NCBI GenBank assembly: GCA_965223505.1
Contig: CBDCWP010000012.1
Coordinates: forward strand, 32,001 to 96,000
Origin: Planctomycetota bacterium
Lineage (GTDB): Bacteria; Planctomycetota; PLA2; JAEUHO01
Reading direction: 5' to 3'
Length of the DNA: 64,000 bases
The notes under the pieces are model-generated. The model was not told the origin of the DNA. It searched no databases and worked only from the letters and a program-made list of their open reading frames with translations. Position numbers and translations under genes: made by a program. This document shows, piece after piece, positions 47,775 to 57,986 of this stretch (position 1 is its first letter; every line of letters begins with the position of its first letter).

Positions 47775-49012
47775 GAGCGCTCTTCCTTGCGGGCGCGCCT
47801 GGCCGCGCGATGCTTGGCGACGTATCCCTCGAGCAATGCGAGCTGCTTGACGTAGTTCTGCTCGTCGACGCCGGCGGGACTCTTGAAGTACGACGCGGTG
47901 TGCAGCATCAATCCGCTTTCGCCGTTCGCCTGCGCGAACGACGCGAACCGCGCGAGGTCCAGGATCAACGGCGCCGCCAGCGCGGAGTCGTTGCCCTGCC
48001 ACGTGAACTGCATCGACATGCGCGCGCCCATGAAGCCCTCGAAGTGCACGTAGTCCCAAGCGACCTTCCAGTCGTCCAGGCTCGGGACGTAGTCGATCGT
48101 CACCTTCGTGTGCGCGTCGTCGTGACCGAGGATCTGCCGCACCGCCTTGTCCTTCGAGATCGTCTTGCTCTCGCGCGCCTTCGGGTCGTTCAGCACGAAC
48201 CCGTCGCGGTTGCCGAGCATGTTGTAGCCCTCCCACGAGAGGACGTTCAAAGCGCGGCCGGCGAACATCGGTGCCAGCGCCGTCTTGACGAGCGTCTCGC
48301 CCGTCTTGCCGTCGGCGCCCATGTGCGCCACGCCGCGCTCGTCGGCCAACCGCATCAACGCCGGAATCGTGCTGCCGGGCGAAGGCGTGAAGTTGACGTA
48401 CGGAAATCCTGCGTCGAGCGCGGCATACGCGTTGACGACGCTGCAGCTCAACCCATCACGCGGGCTGTCGCCATCCATGACCTTGCGGAAGGCGTCGAGG
48501 TCCGCGTACTCGATCGGAAGCTGCGCGGGCGGCTCGGTGCTCGAAACGTTGACCACGACGACGGTGTCGAGCTCGTTGCGCTCTTGGAACGAGCGCAGGT
48601 CGCTCTGGATCGCCGCGACGGTCTCACGCGGGCTCTCCGTGACGTGCGCGTGGCGTGCGGCCATCGTGCGGACGGCGTCACTGGGGTTCACCAGGAAGCC
48701 CGGACGAATCTCGGCGTCCATCGCCTGGATGTCCTCATGCAGCACGTGCAAGAGCGTGTTGTCGAGGATGCCGACACGCTGCGAGAACTCGAGCGCCGCG
48801 CAGTGGAAATCCGTGTCGCGCACCTCGTGGCCGCCGAACACCAGCTTTTGCAGGTCGGGCAGGTCGAGCCCCGCAAGGAGCGGGGACTCGGTCAGCATGC
48901 CGACGGGGGGTTTGAACCCACGTGCGATCGCGCGCGCGCCGACGACGGTCAGGGTGGACACGCCGCCACAGGCGCCGATCAGCCATACGCCGGTCTTGCC
49001 GGTCGTCATCAT
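47771..49012 (-). CDS. ino1: myo-Inositol-1(3)-phosphate synthase
   Basis: VNVSSTEP, NFTPS, GADGKTGETLVK, NMLGNRDG, DDWKVAWD, DSALAAPL, FKSP. Confidence 0.92.
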   Translation of the reverse strand: MMTTGKTGVWLIGACGGVSTLTVVGARAIARGFKPPVGMLTESPLLAGLDLPDLQKLVFGGHEVRDTDFHCAALEFSQRVGILDNTLLHVLHEDIQAMDAEIRPGFLVNPSDAVRTMAARHAHVTESPRETVAAIQSDLRSFQERNELDTVVVVNVSSTEPPAQLPIEYADLDAFRKVMDGDSPRDGLSCSVVNAYAALDAGFPYVNFTPSPGSTIPALMRLADERGVAHMGADGKTGETLVKTALAPMFAGRALNVLSWEGYNMLGNRDGFVLNDPKARESKTISKDKAVRQILGHDDAHTKVTIDYVPSLDDWKVAWDYVHFEGFMGARMSMQFTWQGNDSALAAPLILDLARFASFAQANGESGLMLHTASYFKSPAGVDEQNYVKQLALLEGYVAKHRAARRARKEERS

Positions 49013-50025
49013 CGATCTCCCATTGCGGGGCGTCTGGGTGTAGCGCCGCTCGCATCGTTCGGGACGGAATGCCCCCGTTCGGCCGCGTTCCGTCGCAGGT
49101 CCTGATATCGCGCCACCACGTCCCGGCGGTGCGGCGGGACCGGAGGCAACGCCGCCCGCCCGCGGGCCAGCACGGCAGCTCGCCGTTGCTGCAGCGCGCG
49201 TTCGCGCTCGTCGTTCGCGCCTCCCAGCGCCCGCGCGATCTCCTCGGGGGCAGCATGTCCGTCATCCAGCGCGGCGGCCAGCGCGTCGTCGCCCTCTGCG
49301 GCCTCACGCGCCTTCGTGCGCGCCCTCGGGTCGTCGAGCGTCCGGGCCAGCTCGGCGGGATCCACGTTGCCGTCACGCGACAGGCCCAGCGCGTGTCGCA
49401 CGCGTTCGCGCGCCGCGGCGCGGGCGTCGGCGCGGACCGCCTCGGCATCCGCCGCGCGCGCGGCCTCGGCCGGGCCACCTGCTGCGGCGGGCGTCCCGCC
49501 CGACGACGGCGACGCGTCGGCCGCTTTCGACGCGTCGGTACGGGCAGGCCCGAGCACGGCGACGGCCGCCAGCAAGACGGCCGCGACCGTCGTCGCCAGG
49601 CCGGCCGGCGGCAACAGCCGTACGCGCGGTGGCGACGGCACCGCCGGATGCGCCCAGGCAGCTTCCGACGCGGCCGGTCCGTCGACGACCGCGGCCGTGA
49701 GCCCGCGCTCGTTGGCGCGCGCCAGGCGGTCGAGCGCCCAAGCCGCGTCGGCGATCTCGGTGCGCGGCGCGCCCCGCGCGGCGCGGATGCCCACGACGAA
49801 GCCGGCAAGCAGCCCGGCTCCGAGCAAGATCGGGACGTTCACCTGCGGCGCGACGTCCGGCGCGATCATCAACCTGCGCGCGAGTCCGAGCACGGCGCCG
49901 CCGAGCAGCCCGATCCCGATCGGCCGCAGCGCCGCGTTCCATGCGCGACGTCGGTTCACACGCCGCGCGAGGTCACGCGCGGCCTGCGCCCAGGTCGTTC
50001 CGCTCGAGGTGCGTGCTTCGGCCAC
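49009..50025 (-). CDS. Hypothetical Ala-rich membrane protein
   Basis: Fills the operon gap with overlaps at both ends; three hydrophobic segments; C-terminal 'VPPHRRDVVARY'. Confidence 0.6.
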   Translation of the reverse strand: MAEARTSSGTTWAQAARDLARRVNRRRAWNAALRPIGIGLLGGAVLGLARRLMIAPDVAPQVNVPILLGAGLLAGFVVGIRAARGAPRTEIADAAWALDRLARANERGLTAAVVDGPAASEAAWAHPAVPSPPRVRLLPPAGLATTVAAVLLAAVAVLGPARTDASKAADASPSSGGTPAAAGGPAEAARAADAEAVRADARAAARERVRHALGLSRDGNVDPAELARTLDDPRARTKAREAAEGDDALAAALDDGHAAPEEIARALGGANDERERALQQRRAAVLARGRAALPPVPPHRRDVVARYQDLRRNAAERGHSVPNDASGATPRRPAMGDR

Positions 50026-51269
50026 TACTTGTCTTCGCCCTCATCGTCGTCCTTGGCAGGCGCCTTCTTCGGCGGCGCGATCGGCTTGGCGCCGTCGCCC
50101 TTCACGTCCAACGGTTCCTTCGAGAAGATGACCTCGAGGAACAGCTCGGTTTCCCTGTTCAGCTCCGGAATGCGCTCGAAGTTGTACTGGTAGTTGTTGA
50201 GCAGCGACGACTGGAGGGCCACCTCGACGATGGCGCCGGCATTGGGCCAAACGGTCACGATGAGCCCGCGCGACTCGGAGAGCAGCGCCTCCTCGCCCGT
50301 CTCGAAGTCGTCGTGGCGCATCGACCCCCCGAACTTGAAGCAGTCGTGGGGGAGCACCGTGCCCGTCGACGGGTCGATGACCCAGTCGGTGGCCCGCGCG
50401 ACGTGGACGCCCTCGTCGTTCTCGTACTTCAGGTACACGTAGACGGTGTCACCCGTCGCAAGCAGCCACTTCGGGTCCTGCGGATCGCTGTCCGGATCCG
50501 GGCGGCTGAACATGCCTTGCTCGAACCCGGCTGCGAGCATGCCTTTGTAGACCGCCGTCGGCAGCCCTGCGAGCGCGCGATACGGGTTCTCGTTCACGAC
50601 GGCCGGACTCTTGTCGCCGACGAGGTGCACGAGCGTCTCGTGACTCGACTCGGGATAGCGCGTCACGAAGAACTCGATGGGCATGTTCGTGCGGGGCGAC
50701 ATGTTGAGGAACCCGCGCACGGACACGCGACCTTCCTCGACCTTCACGCCGTGGGCGGCGGCCTCCTTCATGAACTTCTCGCGCATGCCGCCGTCGATCG
50801 GCGTGCCGAGCTTGGGCAGCGTCGGCGCGAAGCCGGCGAGCCCGCCGCCGGACGCGAGGCCGCGAATGAGCCGTCGCTGCGACGACTTCAGGTAGCCGAT
50901 CTCGCGCTTGATCGCGATGAGGTCCTGCGAGAGGTCGCTGTAGGACTCGAAGTTGTCGTCCTCCATCTCGCGGATCTTCTCGATCAGGTAGTCGAGCTTG
51001 ACGAGCGGATCCCGCACGTCGATCGGATCGACGTAGTCGCCGTCCCCGACCTCGTCTTCGCCGCCGTTCTCGTCCGGCTCGTCGGGATAGCGCGTGCCGG
51101 CGGGGTTCGTTCGCGGGCCGTAGGCGCCGACCGGTCGGCCCCCGCCGTCCTTCTGGACGACCTGCTCGACGCGGTTCAGCCGTTCGTTCATGCAGCGTTG
51201 GGAGAGGAGCAGGCCGATCGCCGCGATGAACGTAGCGACGGAAAAGGTCAGGTTCAGCTTGCCATTCAT
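50025..51269 (-). CDS. Membrane-anchored protein with coiled coil and YdjY-like C-terminal domain
   Basis: ATG at 51269, N-terminal TM; 'PIEFFV..HETLV', 'GMLAAG' and 'FKFGGS' resemble YdjY-type domains (tentative). Confidence 0.6.
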   Translation of the reverse strand: MNGKLNLTFSVATFIAAIGLLLSQRCMNERLNRVEQVVQKDGGGRPVGAYGPRTNPAGTRYPDEPDENGGEDEVGDGDYVDPIDVRDPLVKLDYLIEKIREMEDDNFESYSDLSQDLIAIKREIGYLKSSQRRLIRGLASGGGLAGFAPTLPKLGTPIDGGMREKFMKEAAAHGVKVEEGRVSVRGFLNMSPRTNMPIEFFVTRYPESSHETLVHLVGDKSPAVVNENPYRALAGLPTAVYKGMLAAGFEQGMFSRPDPDSDPQDPKWLLATGDTVYVYLKYENDEGVHVARATDWVIDPSTGTVLPHDCFKFGGSMRHDDFETGEEALLSESRGLIVTVWPNAGAIVEVALQSSLLNNYQYNFERIPELNRETELFLEVIFSKEPLDVKGDGAKPIAPPKKAPAKDDDEGEDK

Positions 51270-51456
51270 CCGATCGGCCTCCGCGGCGCACGGGGGCGCC
51301 CCCAATGGGGGCGCCATCGTACGTCCGCGCGCAGCGAGGTCGCTGCGTGTGAGCAGTGGAACGGACGGGGCACGTTAGGGTTCGGGGAGGCCGGGGGGCC
51401 CGTGCGGATCGTGCGCGCGCTCGACGGCCCCCCGCGAGGTCCGCCCTGGATCGTTC

Positions 51457-54015
51457 CTACTCGCTCGTCTCGGATTCGGGCGTGTCGCCGGCATCCGCGA
51501 CGGCATCGACCGTCTCGGGCTCTTCCTCGGCCGGCGGCTCGGCCTTCGGCTCGTCCCGAGCGGTCTCGAAGTAGATCCGGCCGTCCTTGAGCATGGCCGT
51601 CACCTTCGTGTTCTCGGGGAAGCTCCCGCGCAACACCTCTTCGGCCAACGGGTCCTCGAGGATCCGCTGAATCGCGCGGCGCAGCGGCCGCGCGCCGAAC
51701 TCGGGGTTGTACCCCTCGTCGATGATGAACTCCTTGGCCTCCGGCGAGAGCGAGAGGTGGACGTTCTTCTGCTCGAGACGCTCGCACAGCCCGACGGTCT
51801 CGATGTCGATGATCTGCGTGAGGTCGTCGCGCGTGAGCTGGCGGAAGACGATGATCTCGTCGACGCGGTTCAGGAACTCCGGACGGAAGTGGCGCTCCAC
51901 CTCCTTCATCAGCTGTTCCTTCATGCGGCCGTGCGTCGCCTCTTCGGTCTCCTTCTGGAAGCCGAGGCCGCCTTGGCTCTTGATCGCGTCCGCGCCGATG
52001 TTGCTCGTCATGATGATGACCGTGTTGCGGAAGTCCACGTGACGGCCGAAGGAGTCGGTCAGGCGACCCTCTTCCATGATCTGCAGCAGCATGTTGAAGG
52101 CATCGTGATGCGCCTTCTCGATTTCGTCGAACAGCACGACGCAGTACGGCCGGCGGCGCACCTGCTCGGTGAGCTGCCCGCCCTCTTCGAAGCCGACGTA
52201 GCCGGGAGGCGCGCCGACCAGCCGGCTCACCGTGTGCTTCTCCATGTACTCGGACATGTCGATCTGGATGAGGGCGTCGGGGTCGCCGAACATGAACTCG
52301 GCGAGCGTCTTGCTCAGGTGGGTCTTACCGACGCCGGTCGGACCCAGGAAGATGAACGAGCCCATCGGCCGGCGCGGGTCCTTGAGCCCCGAGCGGCTGC
52401 GGCGCAGCGCGCGCGCGATGGCCTGGATCGCGTCGTCCTGGCTGACGACCTTCTCGTGCAGCACCTTCTCCATCCGGAGCAGTCGTTCGGCTTCGGCCTT
52501 CTCGAGGCGCGTCAGCGGGATGCCGGTCATCTTGGAGACCGTCTCGCGGATGATCTCCTCGTCGACGACGCCGGTGTTGTTCTGGGTCTTCTCGCGCCAC
52601 TCGCGCAGGAGCTGGTCCTTGGTGCGGCGCACCTTCTGGGCCTGGTCGCGCAGCTGGGCGGCGCGCTCGAAGTCCTGCGCCGCGACCGCCTCGTCCTTCT
52701 CGCGCTCGAGCCGTCCGATCTCGGTCTCGAGGTCCTTGAGATCCGGCGGCTGGGTCATGGACTTGAGCCGCACGCGCGCACCCGCTTCGTCCATGACGTC
52801 GATCGCCTTGTCGGGCAGGTAGCGGCCGTTGATGTAGCGGGTGGACAGCTCGACGGCGCTCTTGAGCGCGTCGTTCGTGTACTTGACGCGGTGATGCGCC
52901 TCGTACTTGTCGCGCAGGCCGATGAGGATCTTGTTTGCCTCGTCCTTGTTCGGCGGGTTGACCATCACCGTCTGGAAGCGGCGCTCCAGCGCGCCGTCCT
53001 TCTCGATGTACTTGCGGTACTCGTCGAGGGTGGTGGCGCCGATGCACTGCACCTCACCGCGCGACAGCGCCGGCTTGAGCACGTTGCTGGCGTCGATGGC
53101 GCCTTCCGCGCCGCCGGCGCCGACGAGCGTGTGCAGCTCGTCGATGAACAGGATGACGTTCTTCGAGCGGCGCACCTCGGTCATGACGGCCTTGATGCGT
53201 TCCTCGAACTGACCGCGGTACTTGGTGCCCGCGACCATCATCGCGAGGTCGAGTACGACCAGGCGGCGGTTGCGCAGGATCTCCGGCACGTCGGAGCCGA
53301 CGATGTTCTGGGCGAGGCCCTCGACGATCGCGGTCTTGCCGACGCCGGCTTCGCCGAGCAGCACGGGGTTGTTCTTGGTGCGCCGGCAGAGGACCTGGAT
53401 GACCCGCTCGATCTCGCGCTTGCGGCCGATGACGGGGTCTAGCTTGTTCTCGCGCGCGTACTCGGTGAGGTCGCGGCCGAACGCGTCCAGAGCGGGGGTC
53501 TTCGACTTGCCGCCGCCGCCGGAGCCGGTGCTCGCGCCGACCTCGGTCGGATCGTCGGAGCCGTCGGGATCGGTCGGCTCGGCGCCGAGTAGCTCGAGGA
53601 CCTCGTCGCGCACGTCTTCCAGCTTCACCTTGAGGTTGCGCAGCACCTGTGCGGCGATGCCTTCGTTCTCACGGATGAGGCCGAGGAGGAGGTGCTCGGT
53701 GCCGATGTACGTGTGACCGAGGTTGCTCGCTTCCTCGAGCGAGAGTTCCAAGACCTTCTTCGCGCGCGGCGTGAAGGGCAGCTGGCCCATCGTGACCATG
53801 CTCGTGCCGTTGCTGACGAGCTTCTCGACCTCTTGACGGATCTTCTTCAGGTCGATGTCGAGATTCTTGAGAACGGATGCCGCGACGCCGGACCCTTCCT
53901 GCACCAGCCCGAGGAGAATGTGCTCGGTGCCGATGTAGTCGTGGTTGAACCGCTGCGCCTCTTGACGTGCGAGGCCCATGACTTTGCGTGCGCGATCGGT
54001 GAATCGGTCGAACAT
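51457..54015 (-). CDS. clpC: ATP-dependent Clp protease ATP-binding subunit ClpC
   Basis: [12 protein letters not shown] start; two Clp-N repeats; [11 protein letters not shown] motif, [15 protein letters not shown]. Confidence 0.97.
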   Translation of the reverse strand: MFDRFTDRARKVMGLARQEAQRFNHDYIGTEHILLGLVQEGSGVAASVLKNLDIDLKKIRQEVEKLVSNGTSMVTMGQLPFTPRAKKVLELSLEEASNLGHTYIGTEHLLLGLIRENEGIAAQVLRNLKVKLEDVRDEVLELLGAEPTDPDGSDDPTEVGASTGSGGGGKSKTPALDAFGRDLTEYARENKLDPVIGRKREIERVIQVLCRRTKNNPVLLGEAGVGKTAIVEGLAQNIVGSDVPEILRNRRLVVLDLAMMVAGTKYRGQFEERIKAVMTEVRRSKNVILFIDELHTLVGAGGAEGAIDASNVLKPALSRGEVQCIGATTLDEYRKYIEKDGALERRFQTVMVNPPNKDEANKILIGLRDKYEAHHRVKYTNDALKSAVELSTRYINGRYLPDKAIDVMDEAGARVRLKSMTQPPDLKDLETEIGRLEREKDEAVAAQDFERAAQLRDQAQKVRRTKDQLLREWREKTQNNTGVVDEEIIRETVSKMTGIPLTRLEKAEAERLLRMEKVLHEKVVSQDDAIQAIARALRRSRSGLKDPRRPMGSFIFLGPTGVGKTHLSKTLAEFMFGDPDALIQIDMSEYMEKHTVSRLVGAPPGYVGFEEGGQLTEQVRRRPYCVVLFDEIEKAHHDAFNMLLQIMEEGRLTDSFGRHVDFRNTVIIMTSNIGADAIKSQGGLGFQKETEEATHGRMKEQLMKEVERHFRPEFLNRVDEIIVFRQLTRDDLTQIIDIETVGLCERLEQKNVHLSLSPEAKEFIIDEGYNPEFGARPLRRAIQRILEDPLAEEVLRGSFPENTKVTAMLKDGRIYFETARDEPKAEPPAEEEPETVDAVADAGDTPESETSE

Positions 54016-54253
54016 GTGATCTCCGCGTCCGATTGTCGCCCCGTTGGCGGGCGTCAACCGATTGTCGCCCCGGGGGGGGCCGGTGACCCGGTTGGAAACG
54101 ACCGTTCGGGAACCAATCCCGAACAGATCGGCCGGGCGGGTCGGAGAGCCGCGTACGACGTGCCGTGATGGCAGCCGTTCACCGCTCTCCGTGCCACCCT
54201 GGCACGGGACGCCGGACTTCCAAGAGCCTTTGTCGGTTGCGTACGTCCTCGAC

Positions 54254-54268
54254 GCAGATTCCGTGCCA
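54254..54268 (-). promoter_or_regulatory. Putative sigma54 (-24/-12) promoter for clpC
   Basis: Minus strand reads TGGCACG-GAAT-CTGC (GG-N10-GC), about 240 bp upstream of the clpC ATG. Confidence 0.55.
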
Positions 54269-54636
54269 GCGTTTCGGCTGCCTTCAGCTTGGCGCAATCT
54301 GACCGCGCGACTCGCAACGGCGTCACAAACGGAGCCGCAAGTCCTTGCGCCAGCGGCGTTTTCGGGCGCGCCTGCACAATGTGCGCACAAACGCGCGGCC
54401 CGCTGCAGTCGACGCGCGCGTTGCGCGCGGCTGTGTCCACTTCGGTCCACGGCGGGAACCAGGCCCGCGGCGTCGCAAGGAGCTCGGTCGGCGCGGGCGC
54501 GAGCCCGTCGAACACGCCCGGCGCCGAGGACGAACCGAGAGCCCTTCTCGGCCGCGCCCCACCCCTGGGGGGATATCGTCTGCGGACCGCGCGCGGTTAC
54601 GCCGAATCGCGTTCGAATCGTGCGTGCCCGCCGGAA

Positions 54637-54700
54637 GACCCTCGTGGTCGCCCAACGAAGGGCGCGCCCGGTCGGGCAGCTACAAGACGAAGTCCCCTAC
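54637..54700. repeat. REP-like doublet (GTAG type), copy 3
   Basis: GACCCTCGTGGTCGCCC is the exact reverse complement of 47751-47767; ends AGTCCCCTAC. Confidence 0.7.
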
Positions 54701-54963
54701 GCCAAGAACCGCGCCTGCGCGATCTCGGCCAGCGTTTCCACGTCACGCTCTTCGCAGATTCGCTCGATCAGGCCGGCATCGAGCCCGTCCTGCCGCTCCA
54801 GCAGCTCGCGCGTTCGCTTCCACAGCTGCGCCGTGCGCTTCGGTGTGGTCGCCAGATAGATCTCCGTCACCAGCTCCGTCAACCGCTGCGCATCGATCGC
54901 GTCGCGATTCCGGTAGTAGTTGCGAATCAGCTTGCGCTGATGGGCCGAGTACTCGCGCGCCAT
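54697..54963 (-). CDS. Small hypothetical protein (88 aa)
   Basis: GAGG RBS; ATG 12 nt after the mcsB stop; helical, charged sequence. Confidence 0.75.
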   Translation of the reverse strand: MAREYSAHQRKLIRNYYRNRDAIDAQRLTELVTEIYLATTPKRTAQLWKRTRELLERQDGLDAGLIERICEERDVETLAEIAQARFLA

Positions 54964-54975
54964 CCGAGAACCTCG

Positions 54976-56022
54976 CTACGTGATGTGCTCGCGCACGAAC
55001 GTCGCCCGGCGCACGTCCCGCTCTTCCGGCTCCAACGCCCGGCCTTCGAGCTGCTGCAGGTGCGCCGGCTGCGTCAGCACGAACAGCTCGTTCACGCGCC
55101 GCAAGTCCACGCCCTGCAGGATGTCGATCACGATGCCCAGCCGCACCGACGACAGGAATTGCATCGCCTCCTCGCTCGTCAGGCAGCGCGCCGAACGCAG
55201 GATCGCCAGCGCGCGATGGCACTTGTCTTCGAGCTTCGTTCGCCCGCGCGTCGACAGCTCGCGGCGGCAGATGTCCTCGTACTCCAAGATCTTCGGGAGC
55301 ATCTGGCGCAACCCGTCGAGGATCTCGTCCTCCGTCTTGCCTAGCGTGATCTGGTTGCTGATCTGATACAGGTCGCCCGACGCCATCGTGCCTTCGCCGT
55401 AGAACCCGCGCACCGTCAGTCCCGTGCGCGACGCCGCCCGGAACACCTTCTCGATCTGCTTCAGGTGCACCAACGCGGGCAGATGCAACATCACGCTCGC
55501 ACGCATGCCCGTGCCGACGTTGGTCGGACACGCCGTCAGGTATCCGTGGCGGTTCGAGGCGGCGAAGTCGAGCTCCTGCTCGAGCTGGCGGTCCACCTCG
55601 ACGGCGACGCGATACGCGTCGCGCAGCGCCAGACTCGAGCGAATCGCCTGAATGCGCAGGTGGTCCTCTTCGTTGACCATCACGCTCACGACCTCGTTCG
55701 AACCAAACGCCACGCCGCGCGCGCCCTTCGAGCTCTCCAGCTCGCGGCTGATCAGGTGCCGCTCGACGAGCATCCGGCTGAAGATGCGGTCCGTGTCGTC
55801 CAGGTCGATGTAGAAGGACTTGCGGTGCAGCTTCAGGCCGGCCAACGGCCCGCGTACACGTTGCACGATCTCGCCCCGCTGTTCGTCCCCCGCCTTCCCG
55901 AGGAACGGAAAGCCGGCGAGGTTGCGCGCCAAGCGCACACGCGACGAGATCACGACGTCCGAGCGCTCGCCGGTGCCGCGCAACCACTCGCCGCCGCGTG
56001 TGTCGAGGTCGTTGAGATCCAT
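54976..56022 (-). CDS. mcsB: Protein arginine kinase
   Basis: SSRVRLARN, NEEDHLR, GYLTACPTNVGTGMRAS, YQISNQ. Confidence 0.95.
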   Translation of the reverse strand: MDLNDLDTRGGEWLRGTGERSDVVISSRVRLARNLAGFPFLGKAGDEQRGEIVQRVRGPLAGLKLHRKSFYIDLDDTDRIFSRMLVERHLISRELESSKGARGVAFGSNEVVSVMVNEEDHLRIQAIRSSLALRDAYRVAVEVDRQLEQELDFAASNRHGYLTACPTNVGTGMRASVMLHLPALVHLKQIEKVFRAASRTGLTVRGFYGEGTMASGDLYQISNQITLGKTEDEILDGLRQMLPKILEYEDICRRELSTRGRTKLEDKCHRALAILRSARCLTSEEAMQFLSSVRLGIVIDILQGVDLRRVNELFVLTQPAHLQQLEGRALEPEERDVRRATFVREHIT

Positions 56023-56038
56023 CGTCGGTCAGGCGTCC

Positions 56039-56563
56039 TCAGTGCGCCGAAGGATCGGGCCACGACCGCTGCTCCGTCGCCGCCTTCTCGATGCCTTGAA
56101 TCTCGTCCCGCAGTCGCGCCGCGTCTTCGTACTTCTCGTCCTTCACGGCGTCGCGCAGCTCGCGTCGCAGCTGCAACAACCGGTCGCCGACCGTCGTCTC
56201 GACCTCGTGTTGGCCGCGGGGCAGCCGGCCCTTGTGACGGCTCGCGCCCGCATGCATCTTCGCGAGCAAGCGAGTCAGCGCCTCGTCGAACACTTCGTAG
56301 TCCTTCGGACAGCCGAAGCGGCCCTTCGCGCGGAACTCTTCGAACGTCATGCCGCAGTGCGGACACGCGCGATCGGGCGCGGTGACGCTGCGGCTGATCG
56401 TGTCGACCATGCTCGCAACGAACGCCTCGTTGTTCAGTCCCTGCGCCGCCGCGCAAGACTCGCAGATGTGCAACTCTTCCTTTTCGTCGTTCTGAATCTC
56501 GGTGAAGTGAATCGTGGCCGGATTCAGATGGCAGGTCTGGCAGAGGTGCGTCGACACGTGCAC
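56039..56563 (-). CDS. mcsA: McsA (CxxC zinc motifs plus UVR domain)
   Basis: CQTC, CESC, CPHC, GCPKDY; C-terminal EKYEDAARLRDEI. Confidence 0.92.
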   Translation of the reverse strand: MHVSTHLCQTCHLNPATIHFTEIQNDEKEELHICESCAAAQGLNNEAFVASMVDTISRSVTAPDRACPHCGMTFEEFRAKGRFGCPKDYEVFDEALTRLLAKMHAGASRHKGRLPRGQHEVETTVGDRLLQLRRELRDAVKDEKYEDAARLRDEIQGIEKAATEQRSWPDPSAH

Positions 56564-56610
56564 GAATCTACCATGCTGCCGGCGACGGCCCGAGGTGCGC
56601 GACGGCCACG

Positions 56611-57963
56611 TTAAGGCTTTGCAGGCCGTGATTTAAGGCTCTCGATTGCCTGACGGAATCGATCGCCCCGCTCGGCGAACGACGCGTACTCGTCCAGGCT
56701 CGAGTAGCCGGGCGACAGCAGCACGACGTCTCCGGGCGCCGCCAGGTCGCGCGCAGCGCGCACGGCCGAGCGCATGTCGTCGCTTGCCCGCGCCGTAATC
56801 GCGTTGCCGATCGCCGCCACGAGCGAAGGGCCCGTCGTCCCCAACCCGACGACCGCCTTGACGCGCTTCGACACGCCCTCCAACAGCGCGGATGGGTCCG
56901 TGCCCTTGTCCCTGCCGCCGAGCAACAGCACGACGGGCCGGTCCAGGGCTTCGAGCGCGGCCAGCGTGCTGCGCGGATTGGTCGCGTTGCTGTCGTCGAC
57001 GAACAGCACGCCCTCCACCTCCGCCACCGGATTCAACCGGTGCGGCAGCGGGTCGGTGGCCAAGGCGCCCCGTTGGACAGCGTCCGGCGTCGTGCGTTCG
57101 CCTTGGGAGGCCGCCACCGCAGCGGCAAGCGCGTTGCGCAGGTTGTGGGCGCCCAGCAGTCGCCATCCGGTCAGGCTCACGGACCGCTCGTCGGGCGACG
57201 TCCAGTGCAACCGGTTGTCCGCCAACCCCAGGTTGTCGGCGTCGTAGAGCACGCGCCGCGCCGCGCCCGCCTCGTGCCATCCCGCCGCGCGCACCGCCTC
57301 GTCGTCCGACGGGAGCACGGCCACGTCGTCCGGGCCCTGATAGTCGAGCGCTGCGCGCTTGGCCTTCGCGTAGGCCTCCATCGTCACGTGTCGGTCGAGA
57401 TGATCCGGGAACAGGTTCGTCACGAGGGTGACGTGCGGCGAGATCCGAATGCGTCGCGTCCACCAGAGCTGGAACGACGACAGCTCGAGCACGACGCGCG
57501 CGTCGGGCGAAATGTCGTCGACCCTCGCCACGAGCGGCCGTCCGATGTTGCCGCCCAGGTACACGTCGTGACCCGCCGCTCGAAGCATGTTGGCGAGCAG
57601 CGTTGCCGTCGTCGACTTGCCCTTGGTGCCCGTCACGCCGAAGACGGGCGCCTTGCAGCGGGCGAGCACGATGTTCATCTCGGTCGTGACCGGAACGGAC
57701 CGTTCGCGGGCCGCCTCGATCACCGGGTGGTCGAAGGGCATCGCGGGCGACGCGATGACCACGTCGATCCCCTCCAGCAGCGACGGGGTCTGCGGGCCGA
57801 AGCGCAACGACGCGCCTAGCGCCTCGGCCTCGTCGGCGCTTGGGCCGAGCGCGTCGCGCTGGGCCGCGTCGGAGACGACGACTCGAGCGCCTTCGTTCGC
57901 GAGGAAACGCGCCGTCTCCACGCCGCCGGCGAACCGGCCGAGTCCGAGCACCAGCGCCCGCAT
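56611..57963 (-). CDS. murD: UDP-N-acetylmuramoyl-L-alanine--D-glutamate ligase
   Basis: VLGLG, GTKGKSTT, GGNIG, ELSSFQL, DHLDRH, DDSNATN, LLSPG..S.D....ERG. Confidence 0.95.
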   Translation of the reverse strand: MRALVLGLGRFAGGVETARFLANEGARVVVSDAAQRDALGPSADEAEALGASLRFGPQTPSLLEGIDVVIASPAMPFDHPVIEAARERSVPVTTEMNIVLARCKAPVFGVTGTKGKSTTATLLANMLRAAGHDVYLGGNIGRPLVARVDDISPDARVVLELSSFQLWWTRRIRISPHVTLVTNLFPDHLDRHVTMEAYAKAKRAALDYQGPDDVAVLPSDDEAVRAAGWHEAGAARRVLYDADNLGLADNRLHWTSPDERSVSLTGWRLLGAHNLRNALAAAVAASQGERTTPDAVQRGALATDPLPHRLNPVAEVEGVLFVDDSNATNPRSTLAALEALDRPVVLLLGGRDKGTDPSALLEGVSKRVKAVVGLGTTGPSLVAAIGNAITARASDDMRSAVRAARDLAAPGDVVLLSPGYSSLDEYASFAERGDRFRQAIESLKSRPAKP

Positions 57964-57986
57964 GTCCCGGAACGGCGAACGCTCGA

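Noticed and set aside
51390..51435. GGGGGGCCCGT...ACGGCCCCCC inverted repeat after clpC as a terminator or ncRNA
   Set aside because: Imperfect, long loop and no U-tract; too weak to call.
54016..54450. N-terminal extension of ClpC suggested by the 997-aa ORF
   Set aside because: The canonical start MFDRFT with a GGAG RBS is at 54015; the extension is an open frame through the leader.
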